A stretch of 32,000 nucleotides of DNA from Acaryochloris marina S15 (GTDB taxonomy: Bacteria; Cyanobacteriota; Cyanobacteriia; Thermosynechococcales; Thermosynechococcaceae): the NCBI RefSeq assembly GCF_018336915.1, contig NZ_CP064923.1:5700001-5732000 (forward strand). Direction: 5' to 3'. Positions 19,040 to 28,649 of this stretch are shown piece by piece. The first letter of the stretch is position 1. Each line of letters starts with the position of its first letter. Made by a program: the position numbers and the translations under genes. Under the pieces are notes generated by a model. The model was given only the letters and a program-made list of their open reading frames with translations, was not told the origin of the DNA and made no database searches.

Positions 19040-19539
19040 TTCCCTTGCATTTGCTCTTTTAAAGACTCTAATGCAGCCCAACGTCGGTCAACAGGCTGCT
19101 CAATTTTTTCTGCCTCTTCTAGCAAGCCTTCACAATTCTGATCGCAAAGCTGTCGATGGGGAAGTTGCAGACTGAGCTGCTGATACAGCCAGTCTTCAGG
19201 ACTAAAATCTCCCTGGGGAAATAGAATTTCCACGGGGTCATCGAGAGTAACTTCAATTTCTAAGCCAGGCTCAGCTTCTGGCACTTCTGCTGAAAGCCAA
19301 ATCATCTCTGAGGCATCCACAGCCAACCGATGATTATATTGCTGCAAACAGCGATCGCAGTTCAGGGTCACAATCGTTTTCGCTTGCGTGCTCACCTGCA
19401 GGTAATTTCCCTGGTGAACTAGGGTGACATGCCCCTGCACAGCCGTTAAGGAAGTGAGTTCTGATAAAAACTCATCAACCTCTAAAACAATCGTCTGCCG
19501 GGGAGCATTTTCTATATCTGGGATGTAAACCTTGTCCAT
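19036..19539 (-). CDS. yceD: YceD/DUF177 family protein (large-subunit rRNA accumulation protein)
   Basis: Characteristic CDRCLQ...(x)...CDQNCEGL cysteine pairs and acidic segments. Its stop codon overlaps the moaE stop on the opposite strand. Confidence 0.8.
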   Translation of the reverse strand: MDKVYIPDIENAPRQTIVLEVDEFLSELTSLTAVQGHVTLVHQGNYLQVSTQAKTIVTLNCDRCLQQYNHRLAVDASEMIWLSAEVPEAEPGLEIEVTLDDPVEILFPQGDFSPEDWLYQQLSLQLPHRQLCDQNCEGLLEEAEKIEQPVDRRWAALESLKEQMQGN

Positions 19540-19570
19540 CGCGAGAAACCTTTCTCCATCCCTTGTCTAC

Positions 19571-20101
19571 TTAATCTTCTTCAGCAGACTCACCTGTCGC
19601 CAACATCACCACCAAACGGCGATCTGGCTCTTGACCACGACTAACCGTCTCTAAGTCTGACTCATCAAACAACATCGTATGGACTAATCGCCGTTCCGCT
19701 GAATTAATGGGAGGCAGGACGTACTCTTGCTCTGTTTCTCGAACAGATTGAGCAGCCTGAATAGCCAATTGACTCAACTCTTCATAGCGCTTAACCCGAA
19801 CATCCGCCATCTCAATCGTATAGGCAGTCCGATCTTCCTTATCCTTACCCAGATTGAGCGTGGAGTTGATCAAATATTGAATCGCATCTAACATCCGACC
19901 ATCATGACCAATCAGTAAGTCAACCTGTTCAGGGGACAAGCCACTATCATCAATGGTGAGCCAGAAACCACCAAAATCCTTAAATTTGGTTTGGGCAATA
20001 TCCGGCTTATCACTACTGACAGGGGTCTCAATTCCCAAATGGCCTAGCAAATGGGACAACCATTCTTGTCCTTGCTGAACATTCGACTCACTCATGGGCA
20101 T
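19571..20101 (-). CDS. jag: Jag/KhpB-type KH + R3H RNA-binding protein
   Basis: R3H motif region NSAERRLVHTMLFDESDLETVSRGQEPDRRLVV. The start overlaps the yidC stop (TAATG). This is the conserved yidC-jag pairing. Confidence 0.85.
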   Translation of the reverse strand: MPMSESNVQQGQEWLSHLLGHLGIETPVSSDKPDIAQTKFKDFGGFWLTIDDSGLSPEQVDLLIGHDGRMLDAIQYLINSTLNLGKDKEDRTAYTIEMADVRVKRYEELSQLAIQAAQSVRETEQEYVLPPINSAERRLVHTMLFDESDLETVSRGQEPDRRLVVMLATGESAEED

Positions 20102-21318
20102 TAACTCGATGCTTTCTTTTTAGAATACTCAGGTTCAAAGGGAAGTGCACCCCGCTCACCATCTTCAGCCACCACTTTCGATGCTCGCTCTTCTTTAGCC
20201 TTTTTTCTCTCCTGCTCATCCACAATTTTTTGGAGGTTCTCAGGCAAAGGCTCTTTTGACAAGAAATAGCTTTGAACGGTCTGAAAAATGTTGGCTAGCA
20301 GCATGTACAACAGTACACCTGCGGGCAAGGGAAAGAATAAAAACATGCCCGAAAACATCACCGGCATGTACTTAGTCATCGCCTGTTGCTGGGACCCAGA
20401 ATCATCATTCCCTCCCTGTCCTGACAATAACTGGTTGACGTATAAAGACACGCCAAAGCCGATCACCATCAGTAAAATATCCCAATGGATCGCATTCGCA
20501 TTAAACTGAGCACCGTCGTCTGTAGTGGTAAAGATTTCGCCTTCGACTGCACCCACCCGGCCTAGAGCTTTAATAAATAAGAATCCTTTTTCTGCAGCAA
20601 TGCCGGTCAAGGTACCTTGAATAGTGACATCACCAGGCTGTAGGGCAATAATATGGCCGTTTTCGTCAATACTTACTCGATCCTCACCCTTTGTCACGGT
20701 CCAGGTGGGAATGATATTGCCAGCTTCAGACTCAGGAATAATATCTTGAAGCGGCTTACCGCCAATCGTCTGAAATTGAAAATCAGTGGACTGCCCAACC
20801 CCTAACTCTTTACCGGAAGGCAGAATACCAACCACTGGATAGTGAGTTTGCTCAGCGACAAAAATATTCTGCGACTTTGTGGTGAACGTCTCAGGCTGAA
20901 CTTCTGCAATCTTATCTTGGGGGAGAATTTTTAAGTTCGCAGTGTAGTTAACGTTGGCAAAGGGCGATCCTCTCAGGGTTGCAAACAACGCAAATAGAAT
21001 CGGCATTTGGATTAACAGCGGAAAACATCCGGCCAGGGGATTACCAAACTCTTTAAACAGCTTGGTTTGCTCCTCTTGCAGCTTAGCTGGATCGTCTTTG
21101 TATCGTTCTTGTAGCTCTTTTTGGCGCTTTTGCATCACAGGCTGTGAGACCTTCATTCGCCGCATGTTGCGAATTTGGCCCGCACTTACCGGATACAAAA
21201 CAGAACGAATCACCAACGTTAGGGCAACGATGGCTAATCCATAACTAGGCACGACCCCGTAGAAAAAATCCAGGATCGGCAACATAATGTTGTCCGAGAT
21301 AAATCCAATAAAGTTCAT
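20101..21318 (-). CDS. yidC: Membrane protein insertase YidC (Alb3/Oxa1 family) with a large lumenal/periplasmic insert
   Basis: [32 protein letters not shown] and a C-terminal basic tail. Residues about 121-280 form an insert containing an Ig-like (Big_2-like) segment, [33 protein letters not shown]. Confidence 0.95.
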   Translation of the reverse strand: MNFIGFISDNIMLPILDFFYGVVPSYGLAIVALTLVIRSVLYPVSAGQIRNMRRMKVSQPVMQKRQKELQERYKDDPAKLQEEQTKLFKEFGNPLAGCFPLLIQMPILFALFATLRGSPFANVNYTANLKILPQDKIAEVQPETFTTKSQNIFVAEQTHYPVVGILPSGKELGVGQSTDFQFQTIGGKPLQDIIPESEAGNIIPTWTVTKGEDRVSIDENGHIIALQPGDVTIQGTLTGIAAEKGFLFIKALGRVGAVEGEIFTTTDDGAQFNANAIHWDILLMVIGFGVSLYVNQLLSGQGGNDDSGSQQQAMTKYMPVMFSGMFLFFPLPAGVLLYMLLANIFQTVQSYFLSKEPLPENLQKIVDEQERKKAKEERASKVVAEDGERGALPFEPEYSKKKASS

Positions 21319-21565
21319 TCGTGTATAGCTGACCTAAGGACGGAAATTAGCAAAATACAGAGTTGACTGAGCCTCTCACTGTTTTCAGAACATTGAAGAG
21401 CATCTACTCTTTAACAAGCATGATTTTACGGGTAACGCATACTGTGAGCAAATAGCCAGCCAATCCCAACATTATTTTAAGATTGAACACAAACTGAGAC
21501 AATCCTTTCCATCATACTCATCTGAGCAACAAATGTTGAATTCTCAGGTTGCCCAACCCAAATTC

Positions 21566-21967
21566 TTAAGATGCAGAACCACTCACAACAGTGGATTTTG
21601 CCTGAGACTTCGCTTCCACTTTTTCTTCAATATAAGCAGCAATATCTCTGAATTTCGGCAAAGATTTCAATTCGATGCGGCTACCATCGTTTAAAATAAT
21701 CAGCATGTCTCCCCAAAAGCCTAACCCTCTGGGGATCACAGACACTTCAGAAATTTCTGAATAGACCACATCTGTCCGGGTACGACCAAACCAGCCACCA
21801 TTGACTGTTACACGCCGACTGGTAATCCGAAATCGTAGCCAAAGCGCTCTGACCAGAGCACCAATTGTCAGCGGAATAAAAAATATAGTTAAAGCTAAAA
21901 CAGAATTTAAAAGTAAATCACCAATATGAGGTCCTCCTTCGTAGTAGACCTCTTCTTTAATACCCAT
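21566..21967 (-). CDS. Membrane-anchored bacterial PH-domain (DUF304/bPH_2-like) protein
   Basis: Two N-terminal TM segments are followed by YRITSRRVTV...I..V pattern (RFRITSRRVTVNGGWFGRTRTDVVYSEISEVSV). It overlaps the rnpA 3' end by 11 nt. Confidence 0.65.
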   Translation of the reverse strand: MGIKEEVYYEGGPHIGDLLLNSVLALTIFFIPLTIGALVRALWLRFRITSRRVTVNGGWFGRTRTDVVYSEISEVSVIPRGLGFWGDMLIILNDGSRIELKSLPKFRDIAAYIEEKVEAKSQAKSTVVSGSAS

Positions 21968-22316
21968 TTAGGATCTCCGCGTCTGCAAATAACTGTCTTA
22001 ATTGTTGCAGAAATTGAAAGTAATCGCACTGAACGGCAGCTGTCCGAACAACGATTACCACATCCCAACCTGGCTGTAATTCAGGCAGAAGCTGGTGACA
22101 CGCCGCTCTTAGCTGCCGCTTGATTCGATTACGAACAACGGCTCGTTTACTCACTTTTTGGCTAATCGAAAACCCAATTCGAATCGGGATTTTTGTTGCA
22201 TTCACTCCAGAGCGATGGGTTCTTAAAACCAAGTATTTAGTGCTTTGGCGGCTACCTTTACGGTACACAGCACCAAAATCTCGGTTTTTTTTCAAGCGAT
22301 GCGGGGTTGCTAACAT
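21957..22316 (-). CDS. rnpA: Ribonuclease P protein component
   Basis: Basic protein with the RNR-like motif (KRAVVRNRIKRQLR), located immediately downstream of rpmH. Confidence 0.9.
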   Translation of the reverse strand: MLATPHRLKKNRDFGAVYRKGSRQSTKYLVLRTHRSGVNATKIPIRIGFSISQKVSKRAVVRNRIKRQLRAACHQLLPELQPGWDVVIVVRTAAVQCDYFQFLQQLRQLFADAEILNGY

Positions 22317-22379
22317 TCAGCCTGAGTCATCAGCATGGGTTTAAAACGTTTAGGCGGCCTTAAACTCACTGACTTTGCT

Positions 22380-22517
22380 CTACACGGATAAACGCTTACG
22401 GCCTTTGCGTCGTCGAGATCCAATTACATTTTGGCCACTCTGAGAGCGCATCCGAGCTCTAAATCCAGACGTTCTTTTGCGCTTGCGGCAGGTTCCGCCC
22501 AAGGTTCGTTTAGTCAT
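22380..22517 (-). CDS. rpmH: 50S ribosomal protein L34 (45 aa; absent from the ORF track because it is under 60 aa)
   Basis: Manual translation of the minus strand gives [45 protein letters not shown], with stop TAG at 22382-22380. Confidence 0.95.
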   Translation of the reverse strand: MTKRTLGGTCRKRKRTSGFRARMRSQSGQNVIGSRRRKGRKRLSV

Positions 22518-22669
22518 AATTTATTCAGTCAAAAGATTTTACAAGGTCAAGGCATTTAGGTCGAGCGTTTGACCCAGAATCCATAGTTTACAATCTTATC
22601 ACCCACTCTTGCCAGACCCGATGAAACCCCTTACGCTCAATGTTGCTCAGCTTGCTGTCGAGGTAATCC

Positions 22670-24037
22670 ATGGAAACTTCTCTTGAAACTCTTTGGAGCC
22701 AAGTTTTGGAGCGTTTGCAGCTGCAGCTCAGCCGCCCCACTTTCGAAACCTGGATTAAAACCGCCAGTGCTGAACAGCTAGACGAGCATCGCCTGGTGAT
22801 TCGCACTCCCAACCCGTTTGCCCGGAATTGGTTGCAAAAGTACTATGTCAAAACCATTCGAGATGTAGTCCATGAGATTTTAGGTCATCCCGTCGAAATT
22901 CAAATTGAAATTGCCCAGGGGGATTCCAGCGCCACGATTTCTGCTCCTGAGGTTGCCTCTCCACTCCCCGCCTCTAGCCCTGCTGAAAAAACCAACAGCT
23001 CCCAACGAAAACAAGCCAGTCTCAATCCAAAATATGTGTTTTCTCGCTATGTGGTAGGCCCCAATAATCGCATGGCCCATGCGGCCTGTTTAGCAGTTGC
23101 CGAATCTCCAGGGCGAGAATTTAACCCCCTGTTTCTCTGTGGTGGCGTTGGCTTGGGAAAAACTCACCTGATGCAAGCGATCGGCCACTACCGACTGGAG
23201 ATTTCTCCCAACTCACGCATTTTCTACATCTCCACTGAACAATTTACGAATGACTTGATTGCCGCCATTCGCAAAGATGGCATGCAAAAGTTTCGAGAAC
23301 ATTACCGTGCTGTGGATGTGATGTTAGTCGATGACATTCAATTTATTGAAGGCAAAGAATACACCCAAGAAGAGTTTTTTCATACCTTCAATACCCTGCA
23401 TGAGGCGGGTAAACAAGTCGTTTTGGCCTCTGATCGTCCCCCAAGTCAAATTCCAAGATTACAAGAGCGACTCTGCTCACGATTTTCGATGGGCTTGATT
23501 GCGGATATTCAGCCCCCTGACTTAGAAACTCGAATGGCAATTCTGCAGAAGAAAGCAGAATATGAAAATATCCGCCTCCCTAGAGAAGTCATTGAATATA
23601 TTGCCTCTAGCTACACTTCCAACATTCGAGAATTAGAAGGTGCTCTGATCAGAGCGGTAGCCTACATTTCTATTTCTGGACTTCCCATGAATGTGGAAAA
23701 CATCGCTCCAGTTCTAAACCCACCCACTGCAAAAATCTCAGCTTCGCCAGAAAGCATCATTAATGCTGTCGCTGATACTTATGGGATCTCTATTGATGAT
23801 CTCAAAGGCAATTCCCGCCGCCGAGAAATTAGCCTGGCTCGACAAATTGGGATGTACTTAATGCGTCAACATACAGACCTCAGCCTGCCTAAAATTGGCG
23901 ATGAATTCGGTGGCAAAGACCACACCACCGTCATGTATAGCTGTGACAAAATTTCAGACCTACAAAAAAAGAATCCAGAACTCTCACAGTCACTACGGCA
24001 GTTAGGCGATCGGATTAAGCTTGCCAATCAACCCTAA
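22670..24037 (+). CDS. dnaA: Chromosomal replication initiator protein DnaA
   Basis: Domain I ([10 protein letters not shown]), AAA+ Walker [11 protein letters not shown], Walker B VDDIQF, sensor motifs, and the domain IV DNA-binding signature ([12 protein letters not shown]). Confidence 0.97.
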   Translation: METSLETLWSQVLERLQLQLSRPTFETWIKTASAEQLDEHRLVIRTPNPFARNWLQKYYVKTIRDVVHEILGHPVEIQIEIAQGDSSATISAPEVASPLPASSPAEKTNSSQRKQASLNPKYVFSRYVVGPNNRMAHAACLAVAESPGREFNPLFLCGGVGLGKTHLMQAIGHYRLEISPNSRIFYISTEQFTNDLIAAIRKDGMQKFREHYRAVDVMLVDDIQFIEGKEYTQEEFFHTFNTLHEAGKQVVLASDRPPSQIPRLQERLCSRFSMGLIADIQPPDLETRMAILQKKAEYENIRLPREVIEYIASSYTSNIRELEGALIRAVAYISISGLPMNVENIAPVLNPPTAKISASPESIINAVADTYGISIDDLKGNSRRREISLARQIGMYLMRQHTDLSLPKIGDEFGGKDHTTVMYSCDKISDLQKKNPELSQSLRQLGDRIKLANQP

Positions 24038-24317
24038 GGCTAGCCCATCAAGATGATGGCTTCTGCCATAGGGAAAGGTCAGAGTGCGTCGATCCAGATA
24101 TGTTGAACCCTGGCAACATCTTGTTATGTGTAAGAAAACCGCACTATAGATTTTGCACAATATCTATGGATTATTAACGTACTCCTAACCCCTTGATATC
24201 CAATTTTCTTCAGTGCTCCCAATCATTCCATCAAAGCTTTACTGAATAAGGATTATAGGAAAATAAACACAAAATATTAAATCTTTTATTAAGAATTCTA
24301 AACCTCCAATTCACCCC

Positions 24318-24512
24318 TGTGGAAAACTGCCATTTTTCTGTGGAAAACACTGGTGAAACTTTGTGGAAAACTAGGGTATCTTGTGGAGAAAAAAATATTA
24401 ATTCACACCCTGTGGAAAACCCCCCGATCTTTTCCACAAGTTTTCCACAGGTAAGTGATCCACTAAAGCCTTGTTATCAATAGAGTTTTCTACTTTTTCC
24501 ACATTTTCCACA
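24318..24512. promoter_or_regulatory. oriC: oriC DnaA-box cluster: 4 perfect TGTGGAAAA then 4 perfect TTTTCCACA, plus degenerate copies
   Basis: Perfect 9-mers on plus: TGTGGAAAA at 24318, 24339, 24362 and 24411; TTTTCCACA at 24430, 24441, 24495 and 24504 (the last two abutting). Variants: TGGTGAAAC at 24351 and TGTGGAGAA at 24382. Located in the dnaA-dnaN intergenic region. Confidence 0.85.
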
Positions 24513-24517
24513 GGCCC

Positions 24518-24565
24518 TACTATTACTACTATTATTTAAATTTAAAAATAGGAGAATATAGATAG
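24518..24565. other. AT-rich candidate DNA-unwinding element next to the DnaA boxes
   Basis: Tandem CTACTATTA x2 (24518-24535) followed by TTTAAATTTAAAAATAGGAGAATATAGATA. A second AT-rich tract flanks the other side (24241-24300), so which one unwinds cannot be decided from sequence. Confidence 0.4.
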
Positions 24566-24668
24566 GCTCAATTTTTGAGCAATATTCCTTTCAACTTTGT
24601 GGGACAGGGCAATGATGTTACGATGTTGCTCCCAGAGTTTAGAAAGTGTTGAAGTCCTTAGAAGCGTT

Positions 24669-25787
24669 ATGAAGTTGGTCTGTCAGCAAAGTGATCTAAA
24701 TTCCAAACTGTCACTCCTCAGCCGAGTCGTACCCTCGAATCCGACGCACCCAGTTCTGGCTAATGTTTTATTAACAGCTCAAACTGAACGCCTTGGCTTG
24801 ACCGTGTTTGACTTAAGTTTAGGAATTCAAGTTTGGATTGCTGCAGAAGTAGAAGAAACAGGCGCTTTGACTTTGCCAGCAAGGTTTCTCAACGATATTG
24901 TGTCTCGCTTACCCAATTGCGATATTGAAGTTGAAACCGATGACACAGCTGTGACGTTGACCTGTGATTCGGGTCATTACCAAATGCAGGGGTTAGTGGC
25001 AGAGGAATTTCCTGGACTTCCCAGCTTGGATGATATACCAGCACTAGATCTCCCTACAGATGTGTTTTTAGAGGGATTGCAAGCCACGCTGTTTGCAGCC
25101 AGTACCGATGAAAGTAAACAAATTCTAACGGGGCTGCATCTCAACACCTCAGAGTCAGGGTTTGAATTTGCCACAACGGATGGGCATCGACTTGCGATCG
25201 CAAATTTTCCCGATCTAGTAACCCCTGAACCCATGACCATGACCATGCCTGCTAAAGCCTTGCGGGAACTAGAGCGGATGTTAGGTCGGGTGAATGCCGA
25301 TGTCGCTCTCAGGTTTGATACCAATCAGGCTATTTTTGAGCTAACTGGAGAGCAAGGAACAGAGCAGCTCAGTTGCCGATTGCTGGAAGGTCAATATCCA
25401 GCCTATCCTCAACTCGTTCCTAAGCAATTTGAGCGGCAAGTGACGGTTGAGCGGCAACTGCTGCTCAGTAGTGTTGAGCGCATTGCGGTGTTAGCTGCTC
25501 GTAAAAACAATATTATTCGCTTGAAGGTAGATAGCACTGAGCAGCAAGTGGCTCTGTCTGCAGAAGCTCCTGAGTTGGGTATGGGAGAAGAACGTTTGCC
25601 AGCACAAATCTCAGGTGAGGATTTAGACATCGCGTTTAATGTGAAATATTTGAGTGACGGATTAAAAGCCCTTGATAGTCAGGAAGTTCAGCTGCAAATG
25701 AATTCAGCGACGATGCCAGCAGTTTTATCTCCCATCTCGGGACGTCAAATCACATATTTAATTATGCCCATTCAAATTCGGGGTTAG
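24669..25787 (+). CDS. dnaN: DNA polymerase III beta sliding clamp
   Basis: The internal ATG at 24669 gives MKLVCQQSDLNSKLSLLSRVVPSNPTHPVLANVLL (canonical DnaN N-terminus), 372 aa. The ORF-track TTG at 24597 lies in the origin region. Confidence 0.95.
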   Translation: MKLVCQQSDLNSKLSLLSRVVPSNPTHPVLANVLLTAQTERLGLTVFDLSLGIQVWIAAEVEETGALTLPARFLNDIVSRLPNCDIEVETDDTAVTLTCDSGHYQMQGLVAEEFPGLPSLDDIPALDLPTDVFLEGLQATLFAASTDESKQILTGLHLNTSESGFEFATTDGHRLAIANFPDLVTPEPMTMTMPAKALRELERMLGRVNADVALRFDTNQAIFELTGEQGTEQLSCRLLEGQYPAYPQLVPKQFERQVTVERQLLLSSVERIAVLAARKNNIIRLKVDSTEQQVALSAEAPELGMGEERLPAQISGEDLDIAFNVKYLSDGLKALDSQEVQLQMNSATMPAVLSPISGRQITYLIMPIQIRG

Positions 25788-26010
25788 CATAGCCGATCAA
25801 TAACGGGTATCTTAAGTAATATGGGGAACTATTTAAATTGACCTACGGTCTACAGCATTAGTGAGTAGACTATCAACTATTAATATTGCTGATGGAGAAT
25901 CTGGGTTAAGTTTGTAGATAGATTGAATTCTTTAAGAGAAGATCTTCAGAATTTGAGTATCCAGACCATACAAGCCCATCCTTCAGCCAACTGTCTAAAG
26001 GGTTAAGAGA

Positions 26011-26214
26011 ATGAAAGAAATCGTAATTTTGGTGTTGTCCGTGAGCTTGGTGAGTGTCTTTGCCAGCACTGCCAACGCTATGCGTTCATTTCTCACTGCT
26101 ACAGATACGGCTGAGCCTGCTCTGATCGATTCAGAAAATGATTGTGCATTAACACCCATCGTTGCTGACCAGCCTCCCGAAGATGAAGAACATTGGCCTG
26201 GTTGCCGCGATTAA
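26011..26214 (+). CDS. Small secreted acidic protein (67 aa, 2 Cys), hypothetical
   Basis: Signal peptide MKEIVILVLSVSLVSVFASTANA/M. Followed by a strong hairpin. Weak RBS. I recognise no family. Confidence 0.4.
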   Translation: MKEIVILVLSVSLVSVFASTANAMRSFLTATDTAEPALIDSENDCALTPIVADQPPEDEEHWPGCRD

Positions 26215-26240
26215 GCTCAAAAATTACCTCTTAATCAATT

Positions 26241-26266
26241 CCCCCTGAACAGTCGTGTTCAGGGGG
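26241..26266. terminator. Bidirectional hairpin CCCCCTGAAC-N6-GTTCAGGGGG between convergent genes
   Basis: 10-bp perfect GC-rich stem, followed on plus by AAATTTTG. It lies 27 nt after the 26214 stop and 17 nt after the 26283 stop. Confidence 0.55.
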
Positions 26267-26282
26267 AAATTTTGTGGATACC

Positions 26283-28274
26283 TTATTGGGGATAGGCAAT
26301 ATAGGCATCGGCATTCTTTAAATTATCAGTCGTCTGGGTTTTCCCCTTGCGGGTTTCCCTGGCGATGATGGAGAAGCCTTTACCGTAAATACCGGCTACT
26401 GAAAAAGATGAGTCTTCCGTGATGAACCGGGGATTATCAGGATTCGAGACACCACTCCCTACATGAGCCGCACCAAACAATTCCGTTTTGCCACCGTTGA
26501 TCGTTTTGATGGTTGTGCCCTCATCTTCTGTTTTATAGCCCAGAATCCACACCCGGGCATTGTCATTCAGCACTTTGGCGGTAATGTTGGGTTGAGATTG
26601 GGTATTACTTTCTAGATTGAGCTGTCGCGCCCAGACATTTTGGTTTTTAAAGATGACTGAAGAGCCTACACAGTCATTAATAAAAACATCTCCAGGTGTT
26701 GGGGTTTTAGGGACATAGTGGAATCCTAGTAAATTGTTCAGCACCAACGTGCGCTGAGAGGTATGTTCAATGGTTTCTACCTTCTCTAGTCGCTCAATCG
26801 TGACACTGGGAGCCTTACCGGGGCCCACTCGAATCACCGCATTCTTCGCCATTTTGACTTTGGCTTCTGTGCCCATCAACCGGCGGACATTATTTCGAAG
26901 TTCTAGAGATTGATTGATGGTCCATGTGCCTCTAGGGAGGTAAACGGTCGTTGCCCCAGAGTCGATGGCTGCCTGAATAGAAGGTGTGTCATCTAAATCA
27001 TCATCTGGAAGACCGCTGGTGCCGAGAAGATGTTTATGGGGACCATCCCATTTGCTCAGATCGGTTTCCCAAGGAATGTCTGGTGTTTCTTTAATCGGAA
27101 GTCCTAACATTTGGTTGGCAGAGGGAAAAAGAGTGACAGGTCCTCCTTTTCTGTTTTTACCAAAGCCATTGGCTAGATAATTTGTAATTTTGCCGTTAGG
27201 AATATTGCCATTGCCACGGCCCCAATTGACGTTACTTTTGACCGCTAGCTTATATCCTGTGGTCTGGGTCCGATCAATATACATGGATTTCTGATTGCTA
27301 ATGGCAGGCTCAGAGGCTGCAGCGCCAGATCCGGTTAAGGTGGAATCCAGCAGAACAAAGCCTGCTTCTCCATCGTTGATAATGGCCGATACTGTATTTT
27401 GGCTGCGAACTTTCCGGGCAAACACTTTCTGAGAATTGGTGTTCCGCCATCCACAGATGTTTTGGTTGAGCAAAGTAATATTTTCAAAGGTTTGGCTAGC
27501 GGTGGGCCAACGGGTTTTTATGCCATAGTCAAAGCCGTTAACGGTGACTGTTTTGATCAATAACGGGCCAATTTCGTCCGTATAGCTCATGTCGAGACCA
27601 ATATTTCCTTTTCTGTCTTCAGAGAGGATGGTCACATTCTGAGCTGTGCCCTGATTGCTGGCATTAAATTGAACGCCAATACTTGTGGGATGATTGCGAC
27701 CGACATTGACAGTCATGTCACGGATGGCGTTCCGAAAGCGCTGGGCTGGGGCTGGGCCAAAATTTAGAATTGCTTTGGCATAGGTGGAAGGTACATTGTC
27801 CATCAGGCGCAGAACGGTCCCTTGCTCACTCTCCCCTTGAAAAATATTCCGCTTTTGGCTGCCTGCCAAAGTCAGCATGTCGCTGATGTCGTAGGTTCCG
27901 TTGGGAAAGTAAAAAATATGATTTTTAGTCGGATGAGCTGAAATGGCAGCTTGGATGGCAGCGGTATCATCTTGGCCATCGTTAGGAATAGCCCCAAAGC
28001 CGGTGATATTAATAATGCCTGCATCGTTAGGGAAAACAATTGCTGGGCGATTGATGGGAGTGGCCGCTAGGGTCGGAGGGGGGGCTGCGACATTTGGATT
28101 GTCCGGTGGTGCAGACCGATTAGATGCTGCTGGTGTGCAGGCTAAGGACAGCAAGAAAGACAAGCATAATAAGCCTAAAAACTGCCGCAGTGGATGGGGC
28201 AAAAATTTCTTCCCCCAGAACCAGATTTGTGTGACCCCAGAAGATGACTGAAAAAACATATTGCTCGGCTCCAA
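26283..28274 (-). CDS. Secreted/lipoprotein right-handed beta-helix protein with two pectate-lyase-3/GH55-like modules
   Basis: Two copies of the N-cap motif (GFGAIPNDGQDDTAAIQAAI and LPDDDLDDTPSIQAAIDSGATTVYLPRGTW), an Asn/Gly/Thr/Val-rich repetitive beta-strand pattern, and a hydrophobic leader ending LSLAC. The start codon is uncertain (M1 or M6). Confidence 0.65.
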   Translation of the reverse strand: MEPSNMFFQSSSGVTQIWFWGKKFLPHPLRQFLGLLCLSFLLSLACTPAASNRSAPPDNPNVAAPPPTLAATPINRPAIVFPNDAGIINITGFGAIPNDGQDDTAAIQAAISAHPTKNHIFYFPNGTYDISDMLTLAGSQKRNIFQGESEQGTVLRLMDNVPSTYAKAILNFGPAPAQRFRNAIRDMTVNVGRNHPTSIGVQFNASNQGTAQNVTILSEDRKGNIGLDMSYTDEIGPLLIKTVTVNGFDYGIKTRWPTASQTFENITLLNQNICGWRNTNSQKVFARKVRSQNTVSAIINDGEAGFVLLDSTLTGSGAAASEPAISNQKSMYIDRTQTTGYKLAVKSNVNWGRGNGNIPNGKITNYLANGFGKNRKGGPVTLFPSANQMLGLPIKETPDIPWETDLSKWDGPHKHLLGTSGLPDDDLDDTPSIQAAIDSGATTVYLPRGTWTINQSLELRNNVRRLMGTEAKVKMAKNAVIRVGPGKAPSVTIERLEKVETIEHTSQRTLVLNNLLGFHYVPKTPTPGDVFINDCVGSSVIFKNQNVWARQLNLESNTQSQPNITAKVLNDNARVWILGYKTEDEGTTIKTINGGKTELFGAAHVGSGVSNPDNPRFITEDSSFSVAGIYGKGFSIIARETRKGKTQTTDNLKNADAYIAYPQ

Positions 28275-28406
28275 ACGAATGAATACGATTGGCCTTTCTC
28301 TCCAAAGCCTATCAAATTATAGAAATAGGCTTTGGAGAGTTATTAAGAGCAATGGGGCTCATCTAATGGCCAAAGAAGTGATTGGATCAAAAACAAAACA
28401 CTTTTC

Positions 28407-28649
28407 AAGACTAGACTAACCTGAGTTCGAGATAAGCAATCTCTGAAACGGTTGATTTTACGTCTTCTATGATTTTCCCTTTGTTTAGACATCTGCAAAT
28501 AAGCTTCATCAAAGAGATTATTCTCAATAAATCAGGCTAATTATCAATAACTGGTTGTTTAGTCCAACAGTTGATTTTTTGAACCGTATGCCTGCAAAGA
28601 ATTTCTCGTCTTTCCTTATCCCGAACTCAGGTTAGACTAGCTAAGTCTT
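28407..28649. mobile_element. MITE-like non-coding element bounded by roughly 30-bp imperfect terminal inverted repeats
   Basis: CTAGACTAACCTGAGTTCGAGATAAG (28411-28436) versus the reverse complement of CTTATCCCGAACTCAGGTTAGACTAG (28615-28640) matches 24/26. The AAGACT extension on both sides has a 5-nt indel. No ORF inside. AT-rich interior with a GTTGATTTT direct repeat. Confidence 0.45.

Noticed and set aside
22518-22669. The rpmH-dnaA spacer as a second (bipartite) origin half
   Set aside because: The best matches to TTTTCCACA/TTATCCACA there have 3 mismatches (e.g. TTATCACCC, GAATCCATA), and there is no box clustering.
24231-24437. 68-aa minus-strand ORF in the dnaA-dnaN spacer
   Set aside because: Its peptide (…FSTGCE…FHKV…FSTEKWQFSTG…) is just the repeated translation of TTTTCCACA DnaA boxes. 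It has no RBS and lies inside the origin.
24318-24512. The repeated 9-mers could be mistaken for a CRISPR array or a tandem repeat
   Set aside because: The repeats are only 9 bp, occur in both orientations with irregular 2-45 nt spacing, match the DnaA-box consensus, and have no cas genes nearby.
25848-25870. Possible dnaN terminator hairpin GTCTAC-N11-GTAGAC
   Set aside because: It has only a 6-bp AT/GC-mixed stem, a large loop and no U-tract, which is too weak to annotate.
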